Shown here: in pieces, positions 31,693 to 43,750 of the stretch
Numbering within the stretch: position 1 is the stretch's first letter
Layout of the letters: every line of letters starts with the position of its first letter
From: Hyaloraphidium curvatum SAG 235-1
Lineage: Eukaryota; Fungi; Monoblepharomycota
Direction of reading: 5' to 3'
Length of the DNA stretch: 64,000 nucleotides
Assembly: GCA_025558095.1 (NCBI GenBank)
Contig: JAIVFI010000022.1
Span: 248,001 to 312,000 of the forward strand
Made by a program: the position numbers and the translations under genes
The notes under the pieces: model-generated
Database searches by the model: none
Told to the model about the DNA's origin: nothing
The model's input: only the letters and a program-made list of their open reading frames with translations

Positions 31693-32290
31693 TCAGGCAG
31701 CCTTGCGGACCATGTCGACGAGGGCGTCGAGGTCCGGGAACTTGTCGGAGCGCGGGGGCCCTGTGCGGCACGTATGAGCTCCAGTCGGCCGGGACGTTCG
31801 TCGGACGCACCCTTGGTGAGACCGTCCCACACCTCGACCTCCTTGTCCCCGCTCCTGACGATGAAGTTGAACGCGCCCCTGCGGGGCTTGCCGTCCGCGA
31901 GCTGCGCCTTGAAGCCGGCGGCCTTGAGGGCCTCCAGAGCCTTGTTGGCGCGGCCCCGGTACGTGCCTCAGCTATTGCTGGATTCGAGGCGTGCGTGAGA
32001 GGGGGACGGCGTGCCTCGCCCAATCGAGCGACGCACCACCGCTCGAGGATCACCTCGACGCCGGCGGATTTCGCGGGCACGGGCTTCTCCTCCTTAACTT
32101 CGGGTTCGTCCTTGACGTCCTCTTCTTTCTTGGCCTTGCCCTTCTTGGCGGGCTCCTTCTTCTCGGCTTTGGGCGCGGCCTCGGTCTTGGGCGCGGCGGC
32201 CTTCCTGCCGCGTTTGGCGGGGGCCTCCTCGGCCGGCGGTGCATCGGCAGCCGCCTCGGCTTCCGCCGCGGCCTTGCGCTTGGGCGCCAT
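31693..32290 (-). CDS. SELENOH: Selenoprotein H (Rdx family), CxxU motif, Sec UGA at 31970-31968; exons 32290-32037, 31977-31811, 31760-31693; 162 aa
   Basis: Spliced VILERCNSUGTYRGRANKALEAL...KPRRGAFNF...VWDGLTKGPPRSDKFPD matches the SelH pattern; Lys/Ala-rich N-terminus with KRGRK; SECIS downstream. Confidence 0.93.
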
Positions 32291-32569
32291 CGCGAGTGCC
32301 CGACGCGAGCTGCGATTCCGGATCTCGGGACGGCGGGATCGATCGTGCGCTTCGATCACTCCAGTAACGGGCTCCCCTTCAACGTGCGGCAACTTGCCCC
32401 TTGGAGCTTCGAGGAGTTTCTGAGGACGGGCTCGGGCCGAGCTTTCGGGCATCGCATTGCTTCTGGGCCGTTTGCCGCGGAGACGTCGGTTCGCAGGACT
32501 CGTCGTGGGACTGCTCCGAGGGGCGGCCTTCCTCCATCGCAAGAGCCCGGAGAATCCAAAAGCAAGGAC

Positions 32570-33511
32570 ATGGAACCTCAATTCCCCTCGGGTGGCGGCG
32601 ACACCTCCACTCCGAAGGCGGCCGACGCCGTCGCCGCCTTCATGGAACCTCAATCGCCCTCGGACAACTTGGACCCTTCCTCCGCGAACGCCACCGATGC
32701 CGCTCCGACCTTCCCCGAGGAACTCGTCGAGCACATCCTCTCCATCCTTGTCGCCGACTCGCCCGCCTCGCTCCTCCGCGCCGAACGCGTCTGCCGCGCC
32801 TTCCGCCGCATCGGCCGCGCCGTCCTCCGCCGCGCCGTCGAATCCGGCGGCCTCATCGAGCCCTTGCTCCTGACCGGCGTCGTGTTCGACCAACAGCCGA
32901 ACCAGGTGGCCCAGCGCGTGGTGTGGAACCCCGTCGCGGGCGGGCAGGGCGACGCGGTGCTCTTCCGCCCCGCCTACACATGCTTCCTCCGCCTCTCCAA
33001 CGTGGCCGTCGTCTCGGCACTCCCGGACCCCTGCGTCAAGTCGACCGGCACCGATCTTAGCCACATCCCGACGGGCCTGGTGGTGCGCCTCGTCGATGAC
33101 GGCAAGCTGATGGTCTCCTTCCACGCCTCGTGGGTGGCCGCGTACGAGAGCGCGAGGCGGCGGCCGTGGGAGGGCGCCGAAATCCCGTTCGCGCTGAGGG
33201 TGCCGCTGGCCCACTGGGCACAGGACGAGCGGAGGCGGTTCGCGGGCCTGCCCGAAGGCACCGATGCCACTCTAACGGGCAACGTCAACATGGACCAGCG
33301 GTCGGGGGAGACGACGGTGCGAGTGAAGGAACTGGGGCTGCCGCTTGCGGCCGTGGCGAGGAAGCTGGCTATCGAGGAGGCGGAGCTGGAGAAGCAGGGG
33401 GGCCGGAAGACGGCGTCGCACTTTTCCGAGGCAGTGCGGATGTTCCACGTCGCCCAGGCCGGGAAGGTCGCACGCGATGCCCCGGGCCAGCCTGCAGAGG
33501 TTCAGCAGTAG
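32570..33511 (+). CDS. F-box domain protein, intronless
   Basis: FPEELVEHILSILVADSPASLLRAERVCRAFRRI is an F-box pattern. Confidence 0.8.
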   Translation: MEPQFPSGGGDTSTPKAADAVAAFMEPQSPSDNLDPSSANATDAAPTFPEELVEHILSILVADSPASLLRAERVCRAFRRIGRAVLRRAVESGGLIEPLLLTGVVFDQQPNQVAQRVVWNPVAGGQGDAVLFRPAYTCFLRLSNVAVVSALPDPCVKSTGTDLSHIPTGLVVRLVDDGKLMVSFHASWVAAYESARRRPWEGAEIPFALRVPLAHWAQDERRRFAGLPEGTDATLTGNVNMDQRSGETTVRVKELGLPLAAVARKLAIEEAELEKQGGRKTASHFSEAVRMFHVAQAGKVARDAPGQPAEVQQ

Positions 33512-33593
33512 GCGGATCCCTGGTTGCTCCGTGTTTGTCGTACGCCGTTTCTACATTACTGCACGGCACACCGGGTTGCCGCACCCGGGCAGA

Positions 33594-33960
33594 TCATCCC
33601 ACGGCGCCGCCGAAAGCCTCCCTTTCCATCCTCTGCCTTTGGGCTTCCATCTCCTGCATTTGTACTTTCAGCTCCCTCAGCTGCTGCACGAGCACCGCAG
33701 CCTCTCTCTCCAAGTGTGCCCGTCGCTCATTGCCCCGATCTACTTTGCCGGCCCTTATAGGACCGTCACGATCTCCCTGAAGAAGCGCGAGCATTGTGTT
33801 TTGCCGGGAAAGGCGTCTTCGGGATACACCCGGGCAATCTTGATCCGGCGCCCGGCCCCTGTCTCGGTCCCGCCGAAGAAGAGCAGCTCGTGCGCGATCT
33901 CGTGGTGCTCGTGCGGGCCGAGCTGGACATCGATCGATTCCCCGACTGCGTCGGGGCAGG
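33594..33960 (-). CDS. Possible small hypothetical gene with C-terminal coiled coil (5' end undefined)
   Basis: Last exon after ttcttcag reads LEREAAVLVQQLRELKVQMQEMEAQRQRMERE; upstream structure unclear. Confidence 0.3.
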
Positions 33961-34411
33961 GGAGCTAAGTGTCCCCGCTGCGTCATGGGCCCGACGACCA
34001 GGATCGTGCGCTCCGTGGTTGATTCGTGGGGTAGAGGGGCGGGGAACAGCCAACGGGGGGGTTGCAGATGGAAAGAGATTTCGAGCGCCGTCCCTGTGGG
34101 TATCGCCGACCGGGCTTCTCCCCATCTTCAGGGTGTGATGGATGAGTCGGGTCTTCGCGGAGCTGGGATGAAGCTGGATCGGTTCAATCGGTAGCTATTG
34201 TGTCTAGTCCCCGGTCCTCAGCGAAGACAAAGAGCGATCGGCGTTCACAGTTCTAGCTACGTACCAGTTCAATTCCATGAGACAAAGACACCGATTAACT
34301 TAAAGCTTCGTGCCCCCATCCGTCGCCGGGAAGATCCCGCTCCCCCGTCCTTCCCGCGCACCAGCACCGCATCCGCCCGCCCGCCGCATCCCGCCCGCCT
34401 GCCACGGCGTG

Positions 34412-36024
34412 CTACAGCTCCATCATCCCGTCGAACGACCCCATCGACGACGGCGACCCCATCTGCTGCGACAGCACCTGCAGCTGGTCCATCAGGTCCG
34501 CCAGGCTCACTTTCTCGGCGCCGGTGCCGGGCACCAGCGCGCTCAACATGTGGTCCTGCATCTCCAGCATGCGCTGCTGGTCCATGATCAGGCGCTGCGC
34601 CGAGGCGAAGTTCAGGAAGGGGTGCGCGAGGGCGCCGTCGGCCGTCATGCGGAGCGCGGGGGCGACGACGAGGAGGCGGCGGATAAAGTCCTTCGCTGTG
34701 GGGCCAGGACGTTTTGCACGTGAGACTTGAACCGGTCACACCAGCACGATGGCACCCACCGAGGTCGGAGACGTGGCCAAACAGTCCGTCCGGCAGGTCG
34801 TACCGCCCCAAGGCCACGTTCATGGTCTCCGTGAGGTGGTTGTCCGACTCGAACGGCATGTGCGCGCTCAGCAGAAAGTACGCCAGCACTCCGACCCCCC
34901 ACAAATCCACCTCCTTCCCGTACTCTCCCGACCCCGTGACGACCTCGGGCGCCATCCACCCCGGCGTCCCGCACATGGTCCGCATGCCCTCCCCCGTGCC
35001 GTCCGAAAACAGCCTCGAGAGGCCAAAGTCCGCGATGACCACGTTCCCGGGGTCCGTCGTGTCGGAGCCGCGGAAGAGGATATTCTCGGCCTTGATGTCG
35101 CGGTGCACGACGCCGGCCTCGTGGAGGTACTTGACCGCCTGCGCGACCACGCGCAGGATGTCGCGCGCCTGGTCCTCGGTGTAGGGGCCCATGCTCCGCA
35201 CGCGCTCCCACAGGTCGCCGCCGGTGCACAGGTCCGTGACAAGGAACACTGGTGTGGCGGGGTGGGGGAGAGTGAGGCGGGGGAGGGATTCCGGGTTGCG
35301 GTCGACGTGGCGGGAGACAGCCGGTCAGAAGGCGAACGACGGCCGGCCCGCCGGCTACCCACGGTTCTTGTGGTCCGTAAAGCAGTCGTAGAGCTGTATC
35401 ACGTTTGGGTGACCGAGGGATATCTTGCGCAGGACGTCTATCTCTGTCTTGACTCGGTGCTCCCGGCCCCGGATGTTGTCTATCGGCAGAATTTTCAGCG
35501 CAAACGGGAGGCCCGTCTCGATCTGCGCCCAAAATTGAGTCCCGAACGGAGCATCGTTTGCGGCGAAAGGCGTCAGCGGTCCGGCAGGGGAGGATGGGGG
35601 CCGGACCCACGTTGACGGCCTCGCGCACCACGGCCAGCTGGCCCTCCCCGAGCTTCCTCCCGACCTTGTACGCGCCGTGCGTGATTTTGGTGAAGCGGCG
35701 CGGCAGCGACGGCGTGTCGTAGTGCGGCGCGTCGTCGGCCAGGCCGGCGCCGGGGCGGGGGACCGACAGGAAGGCGGCGTCCTGCGCGTCCGCGCGCGGG
35801 TACGCGAAGTCGTCGTCGAACGGCGGCGGCTCGGTGGGCGACGGCGTGGCGATCAGCGGCATCGGCAGCGACGCCTGGCGCGGCAGCGTCGACGCGGCGT
35901 GCGGCGGCGGCTCCCCCGCGGAGGCGTGCGCCAGGCTGCGCGGCAGCGACCGGAACGCCACGGGCGACGCCGGCGGCGACAGCCCGCGCCGCCCCAGGCT
36001 GAGGTGCGCCGGCGGCGAGGCCAT
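34412..36024 (-). CDS. CAMK1-family protein kinase A, multi-exon
   Basis: GEGQLAVV, FALKI, DLCTGGDL, HRDIKAEN, DFG, CGTPGWMAPE, DLWGVG. Confidence 0.9.
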
Positions 36025-36237
36025 CCGGCGCTGGGTGGACCGCGGAAGCGTGGCTGTTCTGTGGAGGCTGACGGGAGCTATTGGCTTCTAGGGCTGAGGT
36101 CGGCCGCCCGCCGAGCATCCATCGCGATTGCTTGACTGGCACTGCAGGAAATTCCCTCGATGGAGGCGGCATAGCTGCGTTGGATTGTGGACCTTCGATA
36201 CAGCAGCCCGGCTACCGGCCCCGTCCCCCAACATCCC

Positions 36238-37675
36238 TCAGAGCTTGGCGGCGCCCTGCTTGCGCAGCACGACCACGCCGCCGCCGATCGCGACGATGTT
36301 GCGCTCCTTGATCTTGGTCTGCATCCCCCCGTCAGCCATCCGCGCATCCCGCCGGCCGCGCGGGGACCCACCTGGTAGGCAAAGATCTCCTTGTCGCCGT
36401 CCTCGCGCACCTTCCAGATCTCGGTGTCGAGGGTCTCGCCGGGCAGCACGGGGGCGGTGAAGCGCCCGCGGATGGACACGAAGCGCGAGGGGTCGTTGCC
36501 GCCGGCGCCCTTGAGCACAGAGTGGGCGGCGTGGCCGTACGAGCAGAGGCCGTGGAGGATGGGCACAGGGAAGCCGACCTTCTTGGAGAACCCGGGATCG
36601 ACGTGCTGTGAAGAATGGGGAGCGTCAGCGGTGTCGCGTGCTTTGCGCCCGGGGCCGTGCTCACGAGAGGGTTGTAGTCGCCCGAGAGGCGGTAGATCTG
36701 CGCCTGGGTGGGCGACGTCTTGGCGCTCACCACCATGTCGGGCGCGCGGTCGGGCTTGGTTGCGTCCAGCGACGGCTTGGGCGGCCTGGGCCCGCCGAAC
36801 CCGCCGGCGTCGCGGTAGAAGGCCTGCGAGACGATCTTGGCGTACTGCTTGCCCGCGGCGTCGGTCATGATGGCCTCGTTCTCGAGGATGGCGGCCTTGC
36901 CGACGTCGTAGACGCCCGTGACCTTGGAGGTGACGGTGAACTCGCCCTCAAGGGGGAGGGGGTTGATGATCTCGACGTAGCGGTCGCCGTCGAGGACCTT
37001 GGCGGGGTCGAGGTTGACGCCGGGGATGCGCGAGTTGCCCGAGCGCGACGAGCCAACTGGATGCGGCATGGAGGTCAGGAACGGCGTGTCAGGGCAGAGG
37101 GGAGGACCCACGGAAGTCGATCACGTCGAACGAAGTGCCGCGGAAGGGCAGGACCAGCTGGAACCCGGCAGACGTCAGCACCACGTCCGAAACGACCCCC
37201 GATGGCAACGATGCACCGCCCCGCATCGTACAACACTTACAGGGTAGGTAGGGAACGCGGCGAAGTTCTTGTCCAGCTCGTAGACGAACTGGAGCTCATC
37301 GCAGCCGATGCCGATGGCGTACTGTCGTTCCGCGCGGCAATCCATGCGGGTTCGACGCGGAAGTGGCATTCCATCCGGGACCGACGGCGCAACGGGACCG
37401 AAAGCGTGCCGGAAACGTGCGGGAACGCGATTCACGTGCCAAGGGGAGACAGGGTCCATGCGGTCAGCTCCGGCCCACCGGCACCGCGCAGCGCGTGCGA
37501 CGCACCAGGATGAGGTCGCGCCTGTTGTACTTGACGGCCTGCTGGCTGGCGGGGATCTTGGAGCTGTTTGCCGGACCCGGGAATCAGCGGTCGGCGGTCG
37601 CGGGCGTCCATCGCCGGCGCGGGGGCCGGGTAGGGCGGGCGGGGAGCGGGGGACGTACACGTCGACCGGCGGCAT
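36238..37675 (-). CDS. Peroxisomal enoyl-CoA hydratase 2 (MaoC/Fox2 hydratase type) ending in PTS1 (-AKL), multi-exon
   Basis: YAIGIG, FAAFPTY, YRLSGDYNPLH(V)DP, PILHGLCSYG; C-terminus QGAAKL. Confidence 0.9.
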
Positions 37676-37945
37676 GGCTGCGGGGGCGGGATGGGTAGCT
37701 AGGGCGACTTTCGATGGTGCAACCAAGGTTCTGCCGCGTTCCGGCGCTCGGCGTTTTTCTGGGCGCCGATCGTGGTTAACGGTTTTCCTTGGACGCCTCC
37801 AGGTTAGGCTTTGACGCTTTGGGCGAAGGGGACTACTTCCAGACTGCCCGTCATCGCAGCGCAGCTCCAGGGACCTGCGGGGCCGATCCTCCTCGGCGGC
37901 GCGCGGACTCACGAGCGTGCCGTGCCGCCCGCCGGGCCGCGGGCG

Positions 37946-39660
37946 ATGCACACGGAGATGGACGGCGGTGCGCCGGCCCCCGCTCCCGCACGGGCCGGCG
38001 CGCTGACCCCGCCGCCAGGGGGTGAATCGGAGGCCGCCGATTTCGACGGGGACGTCTTTATTCCGGACCCGGACCTGGGACTGAAGCGGACAAAGTCGCT
38101 GGTGGGAACGGCCGGCGGCCACGACCGAGGCGGGCGGCTGACGGTGCGGCAGGTGTTCCGGGAGTACGTGCCCATCAAGACCCTGGGCAATGGGCGGTTC
38201 GGGCTCGTCAAGGAGGCGATGCATGTCGGTGTCGGCGGCCCGTTGTTCTGCGGTCGGCCAGGGGTCTGACGGGCGGTCCGCTTGTTATCTCGGACAGGTC
38301 AAGACCGGCAAGCACGTCGCCATGAAGATCATAAACAAGGCGCAGCTGAAGAAGCATGAGCTGCTCATGATCGAGAACGAGATCGAGGTGCTGGAAAAGG
38401 TGTCGCGGGCGCACCCCAATGTGATCCACCTCTACGCCCATTTCACCATCGCCAACGAACGTGGGTCCCCGGCCGGCCCGCACCTCCTTCCCCTTCCTCA
38501 TTCGCGGTTTCAGTCTATCTCATCATGGACCTGTGCACGGGCGGCGAGCTCTTCGACCTCATCTGCGACCTCGGCTCCTTCTTCGAGGACGACGCGCAGC
38601 GCATCGTCCACACCCTCCTGGACGCTGTCCGCCACCTCCACGAAAACGGGGTGGTGCACCGCGACCTGAAGCCGGAGAACATCCTCATCCGGTCTCCGGT
38701 GGACGCGCTGGGCGAGGGGGAGGAGCCGCCGCCGCGGCCCGCGGGCACGGAGCCGCCGCCAAAATTCCTGCCGAGGCGGGACATCGTGCTGGCGGACTTT
38801 GGAATCTCGAAGATGCTGGACGAAGGCCATACCGACGTGCTGAAGACGCGGATAGGGAGCCCGGGGTATATGGCCCCCGAGGTGATAAAGGGGCACAAGT
38901 ACGGCAAGGCCGTGGACATGTGGGCCATTGGGATCATCACGTACCTGCTGCTGGCGGGCTCCATGCCCTTCCGGGATGACGCCATGTTCGACGAGATGCA
39001 GAACATCATGCTGGGCCGGTACGCGTTCGAGCCCAAGGAGCAGTGGGAGAACATCTCGGACGAAGGTGAATCGTTGCTCGTGTCTGGAACATCCCGGCAC
39101 GTTCTGACGCTCTTGCGCGACTTCCAGCCAAGGACTTCATTCGGAAGTGCCTCTCCTCGAACCCCGCGGACCGGCCTACGGCCCAGCAGGCCCTGGACCA
39201 TGCCTGGCTAAAGCGGACCCCCGAAACCCACCAGGACGCCCTGCTCCACGCGAGCGAGAACCTCCACAACCCCCACCCCGAAGCCGACCTCCTCCCCATC
39301 GTTATCCGCAACTTTGACGCCAAGCGTCGCTTCCGGCGCGCGGTCCACACCGTGCGCATGCTGAACCGGCTCAACGTCGGCATGTCGGAGTATGCGCGGC
39401 GGATGGACCGCCTGGGGAGGTACGGCGTGGACACGGCGAGCTCATTCTCGAGCACCGCGAGCGTCGAGAGCGACGGCGTGGTAATGCGGCACTCGGCCAC
39501 CTTCGACACGCTCTCGGTCGCGGCGACGCCGGCCGTGGAGCGGCGCATGTCGCCCGACGACCCGGCGATGCTGCTGCTGAATGGGGCCGCGGAGAGGCAC
39601 CACGTTCGAAAGAAGAGCTCGACAAAGTCGATCGAGCGGACGCTCACGCTGCCCCTCTGA
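37946..39660 (+). CDS. CAMK1-family protein kinase B, multi-exon
   Basis: GNGRFGLV, VAMKII, DLCTGGELF, HRDLKPEN, DFG, GSPGYMAPE; CaM-binding-like NFDAKRRFRRAVHTVRML. Confidence 0.92.
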
Positions 39661-39939
39661 CGGGCGGCGCTCTGGCTTTGGGCATGATTGGCACTGCTGC
39701 TGGCATGGTGACATCCTGCGAATCGAATCTACCGATAGACTGCCGGGCCCCCGGCGCGATGTAGCGATACCCCGGAACGGCTTCGGCAAATGAACGCTTG
39801 TATTTGCGAACACTGGGATCCCGGTATACGAGACAAGCTTTGCTCTTCGACGAAGCTGTAATTGTCAAGTCCGACTCTTCTACAGAAGAAGATGCTTGTG
39901 TCGGCCCGTTGTGGCCGCAAAATTCGTCCTGAGTGCCCC

Positions 39940-42078
39940 TCAGTCCGCCAGGTTCGACGGATACAGGAGACCGTCGATCCCCCGGAACGACTCCTTGACC
40001 GTCCGCGCCGACACCCAGCGGTACAGGTTCAGCGGCGCCCCGGCCTTGTCGTTGGTCCCCGACTGCCGTGCCCCGCCAAAGGGTTGCTGCCCGACGATCG
40101 CGCCCGTGCACTTGTCTGCCGGGCGAGGAGGCGTAAGCTCGCTCCCAGACGAAAGCCAAAAGGACCCACCGTTGATGTAGAAGTTGCCCGCGGCGTTCCG
40201 CAGCGCATCCGCGCCGATCATCAGCGCCCTCCTGTCCCTCGCAAACAGCGCCGCGGTAAGGCCGTAGTCCGTGGTCCGGTCCGCGATCTCGAGCTGCCCG
40301 ACGTGAGCCCGCCGCGCCCAACCGGCCGCGCGGAAGCACCCACCCATTTCTCGTACTCATCCTCGGGGTAGACGATCACCGTCAGGACGGGGCCAAAGAT
40401 CTCCTCGACCATGGTCTTGAACTGCGGGTTGGTGGTCTCGATGATGGTCGGGCGGATGAAGTAGCCCTTCGAGTCGTCGCCTGTGGGTCCACACACAAGA
40501 GGAAGGTCAGCCTTCTGAAGGGCGACGGCCAATCACAGAACCCACTCTGCCCGCCCGCGATGATCTTGGCGTCCGGTGCGTTTCGTGCGTGCTCGATGTA
40601 CCCCGTGATCTTCTTGAAAGCGTTCTCGTTAATGACCGGCGTCGTGAAGTTCGTAAAGTCCTCCGGGCTCCCCATCTTCAGCGCCTCCGTCTCCCTCACG
40701 AGCCCCTCCCGCACCTCGCCCCACAGGTTGTCGGGCACGTACAGCCTCGAGCACGCCGAGCACTTCTGCCCCTGGTACTCGAACGCCGCCCTGACCGTCT
40801 GCCTGACCACCTGCGCCGGGTCGGCGGAGCGGTGGACAAAATGCATGTTCTTTCCGCCCGTCTCGCCGACGATGCGGGGGAAGGAGCGGTACCGCTCCAG
40901 GTTCGCGGCGGCGCGGCGGTACAGGTCCCGGAAGACGGCGGAGGAGCCGGTGAAGTGCAGCCCGGCAAAGTCGGGGTGCTCGAGCATGCCGCCCACGATG
41001 GTGTCCGGGGGGCCGGGGACGAACTGGACCACGCCGGGGGGGAGGCCGGCCTCCTCGAGGAGCTGCATGACGATGTAGTTGGAGAGAATGGCCGAGTCGG
41101 AGGGTTTCCAGACGACGACGTTGCCTGGCGGGGTTGGAATGAGCTGACGCACCGGTGGCGAACGAAACAGGGACCGACCCATGAGTGCCGGCGCGCCGGG
41201 CAGGTTGCCCCCGATGGCGGTAAAATTAAACGGCGAGACGGCGGCGACGAAGCCCTCGAGCGGCCGCCACTCCATCCGGTTCCAGGTGCCGTCCGCATTC
41301 TTCGGCGGTTGTTGCGCGTACAGCTCCTCGGCGAACCGTACGTTAAAGCGGAAAAAGTCGGGGAGCTCCGACGCGGCGTCGATCTCGGCCTGCCAGACGT
41401 TCTTTCCCTGAGCGTGCGGAAAGGGACAGGAGTGGAGAGCGAAAGGAGGGGAGCATCAAGGGGAGGCGGGCAGCGTAAACGGGTTTAGGGTGTTCGGATG
41501 GGAGGCCAGGTGGGACCAACCTGCCCCAGCATGGTCGCCGCCATCAGCTTCCACCGATACTTTTCCCGGATCAGGTCCGCCGCCTTGAGGAATATCGCCG
41601 CCCTGTCCGCGAACGGCACAGACCCCCACCACTTGCGCGCATGCACCGCGCCCCTGATGGCGGCCTGCACCGTGCGCGCGTCGCCGGCGTGGTACTCCGC
41701 CAGCACGGTCCCGCGGTCGTGCGGCATGCGCTGGTGCTGCACGATGTTGGTGTGCAGCTTGAGGCCGTCGACGACGCAAGGGACCGTGACGGGGAGCTGT
41801 GACTTGAGCTCGGCGATGGCGGCGCGGAGGTTCGCGCGGTCCGACGACCCGGGCGGGAACGGGCGCTGTCCACACCAAAGACCAAAAGAAGGAACATGAG
41901 GAATAGGCAAAATAGGGAAGTTCAGGAGGTTGGAGGTCGACGAGTCAGAGGAGTCACCGTGCCCGGGCAGTCCCCCCACCATCGGCTCGTTCTCGATCTC
42001 CGGCACGCGGAACCGGCCGAGGTCCGCCGCACATCGCGCAGACGCGTGGAAGCGCCGCGCGAACCGGCCCGGCAGCAT
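39940..42078 (-). CDS. PUT2: Mitochondrial delta-1-pyrroline-5-carboxylate dehydrogenase, multi-exon
   Basis: SPFNFTAIGGNL, GETGGKN, AFEYQGQKCSACSR, NDKCTGAIVGQQPFGGARQSGTNDKAG; Arg-rich presequence. Confidence 0.95.
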
Positions 42079-42159
42079 CGTTGGGGCCCCGAAGTGGCGA
42101 CGGGCCCTCGCTTTTGAGACCGTCTCAAAAGGACTTGGAGCCTCTGGCACGCCAACAGA

Positions 42160-43750
42160 ATGAAGCTGAACGGCTGGCTGACGCAGCTGTCGAACGCGAT
42201 CCGCGGTGACGACGGCGAGAAGCTCGCGCGGCTGCTGCGGCTCGACGACCCACACGCGCACCAGCTGGCCGAGGACGTCTCCGGGGTGAGGCCGCCTTCC
42301 CGTCACACTCCGCCCCCCTGACGCCCCAAATAAGAACCGCCACTGGGAAGCCATCGTCCGTAACCGCCTGGAAAAGCCGTGGGATGACGTCGCCGCGGCC
42401 CACGTGCGCGCCGCGGCGGCGTGGAACGGGAAGGATCCCTCCGGGGCCGCGGAACAGCAGAACCTGCTCGTGCAGTGCGTGTCGCCCGGCTGCCCGCGTC
42501 GCCTGGTTGGGAGATGCTTATCATGTGGTATGATCGCACAGGACGTTCTCGACCAAGCTCCTGACGACGCTGGACCGCCGCGCGCTGCCCGCGGTCTACG
42601 CCGTGTGCCGCGACCTGGACCGGACATCGGACGCGGCCGACGCGGCTTTGAGGGCGAGGGGCGAGAAGGCGCGGTATTTGGAGGAGGCGGCGCGGACGAT
42701 CAACGGGGTTTTCGGGCGGTGTTTGAACGACCGGTGGGCACACCGTGACGCCATCGCGCTGCGGCCCGAACGTGACCACCTGCCCGTTCCCCCCCCCCCT
42801 TTCCGACAGCGCCGCGCAGGAAAAATCCCGGAGATGGGGCACCTACCGCATCATGACCACCCTCTTCGCCATCTACTTCCGCCTGGGCAACCAGCACCTC
42901 TGCGTCTCCCTCAGCAAGGCCCTGCGGCAGCAGGCCGACATGCCCGCGCTGGAGCGGTTCCCCATGGCGCACAGGGTCGCGTTCGCTTACTACCAGGGCG
43001 TGCTGGCGTTCTTCGACGAGCAGTACAGGGTCGCGGAGGAGCATCTGGCGTTTGCGTTTGCGCACTGCCCGAGGGGGGCGAGGAAGAACAAGTAGTGGGT
43101 TTCGGCACGGAGTGGCGCCGCGGGCACCGGCCATCTGACGCTCGTGATTTTCGGGACACCCACAGCCTGATCCTCCTCTACCTCGTCCCCGCGCGCCTCG
43201 TCCGCGGCTCCCTCCCCGAGCCGTGGCTCCTGGACCGGTACCCACCCCTCGCGGCGGTCTACTCCCGCCTCGTCTCCGCCCTGCGGACGGGCGACCTCCG
43301 CACCTTCGACGAGGAGCTGGCGCGCCACGAGATGGACCTGGTGGCGCGGGGCACCTACCTGACGGTGGAGCGGTCGCGTTTCGTGTGCCTGCGGAACCTC
43401 TTCCGGAAAGTGTGGGTGGCGCGGCGAGCGATCGGGGAGGCTGGCGTGCTGAGGCGGCCCCGTTTCCCCCGCGATCGCGGCCTGCGGCACGGCTTCCCCG
43501 TGGTTTACCCGACCGCCCCAACAGATACATCCTCCGCGACCGCAACGCGCGGCTACCGATCTCGGCGATCCAGGACGCGCTGCGGCTGTCCAACTACGAC
43601 AGCTGGGCGGACGCCAACGACGTCGAGTGCGTCCTGGCCAACATGATCGACAAGGGGTACATGAAAGGGTACCTGTCCCACGAGAAGCAGACGGCGGTAC
43701 TGGCGAAGCAGGAGCCGTTCCCGCCGCTTGACACGATCGAGGTCACTTAG
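42160..43750 (+). CDS. PCID2: PCI domain protein 2 (PCID2/CSN12/Thp1-like), multi-exon
   Basis: EEAARTINGVFGRCLND, YFRLG, VAFAYYQG, ECVLANMIDKGYMKGYLSHEKQTAVLAKQEPFP. Confidence 0.9.

Noticed and set aside
31935-31967. Sec redefinition hairpin just downstream of the UGA
   Set aside because: Only a short imperfect pairing in very GC-rich sequence; not distinguishable from chance.
31968-31970. Premature stop indicating a pseudogene
   Set aside because: The UGA sits exactly at the Sec position of CxxU, downstream exons are conserved and in frame, and a SECIS is present.
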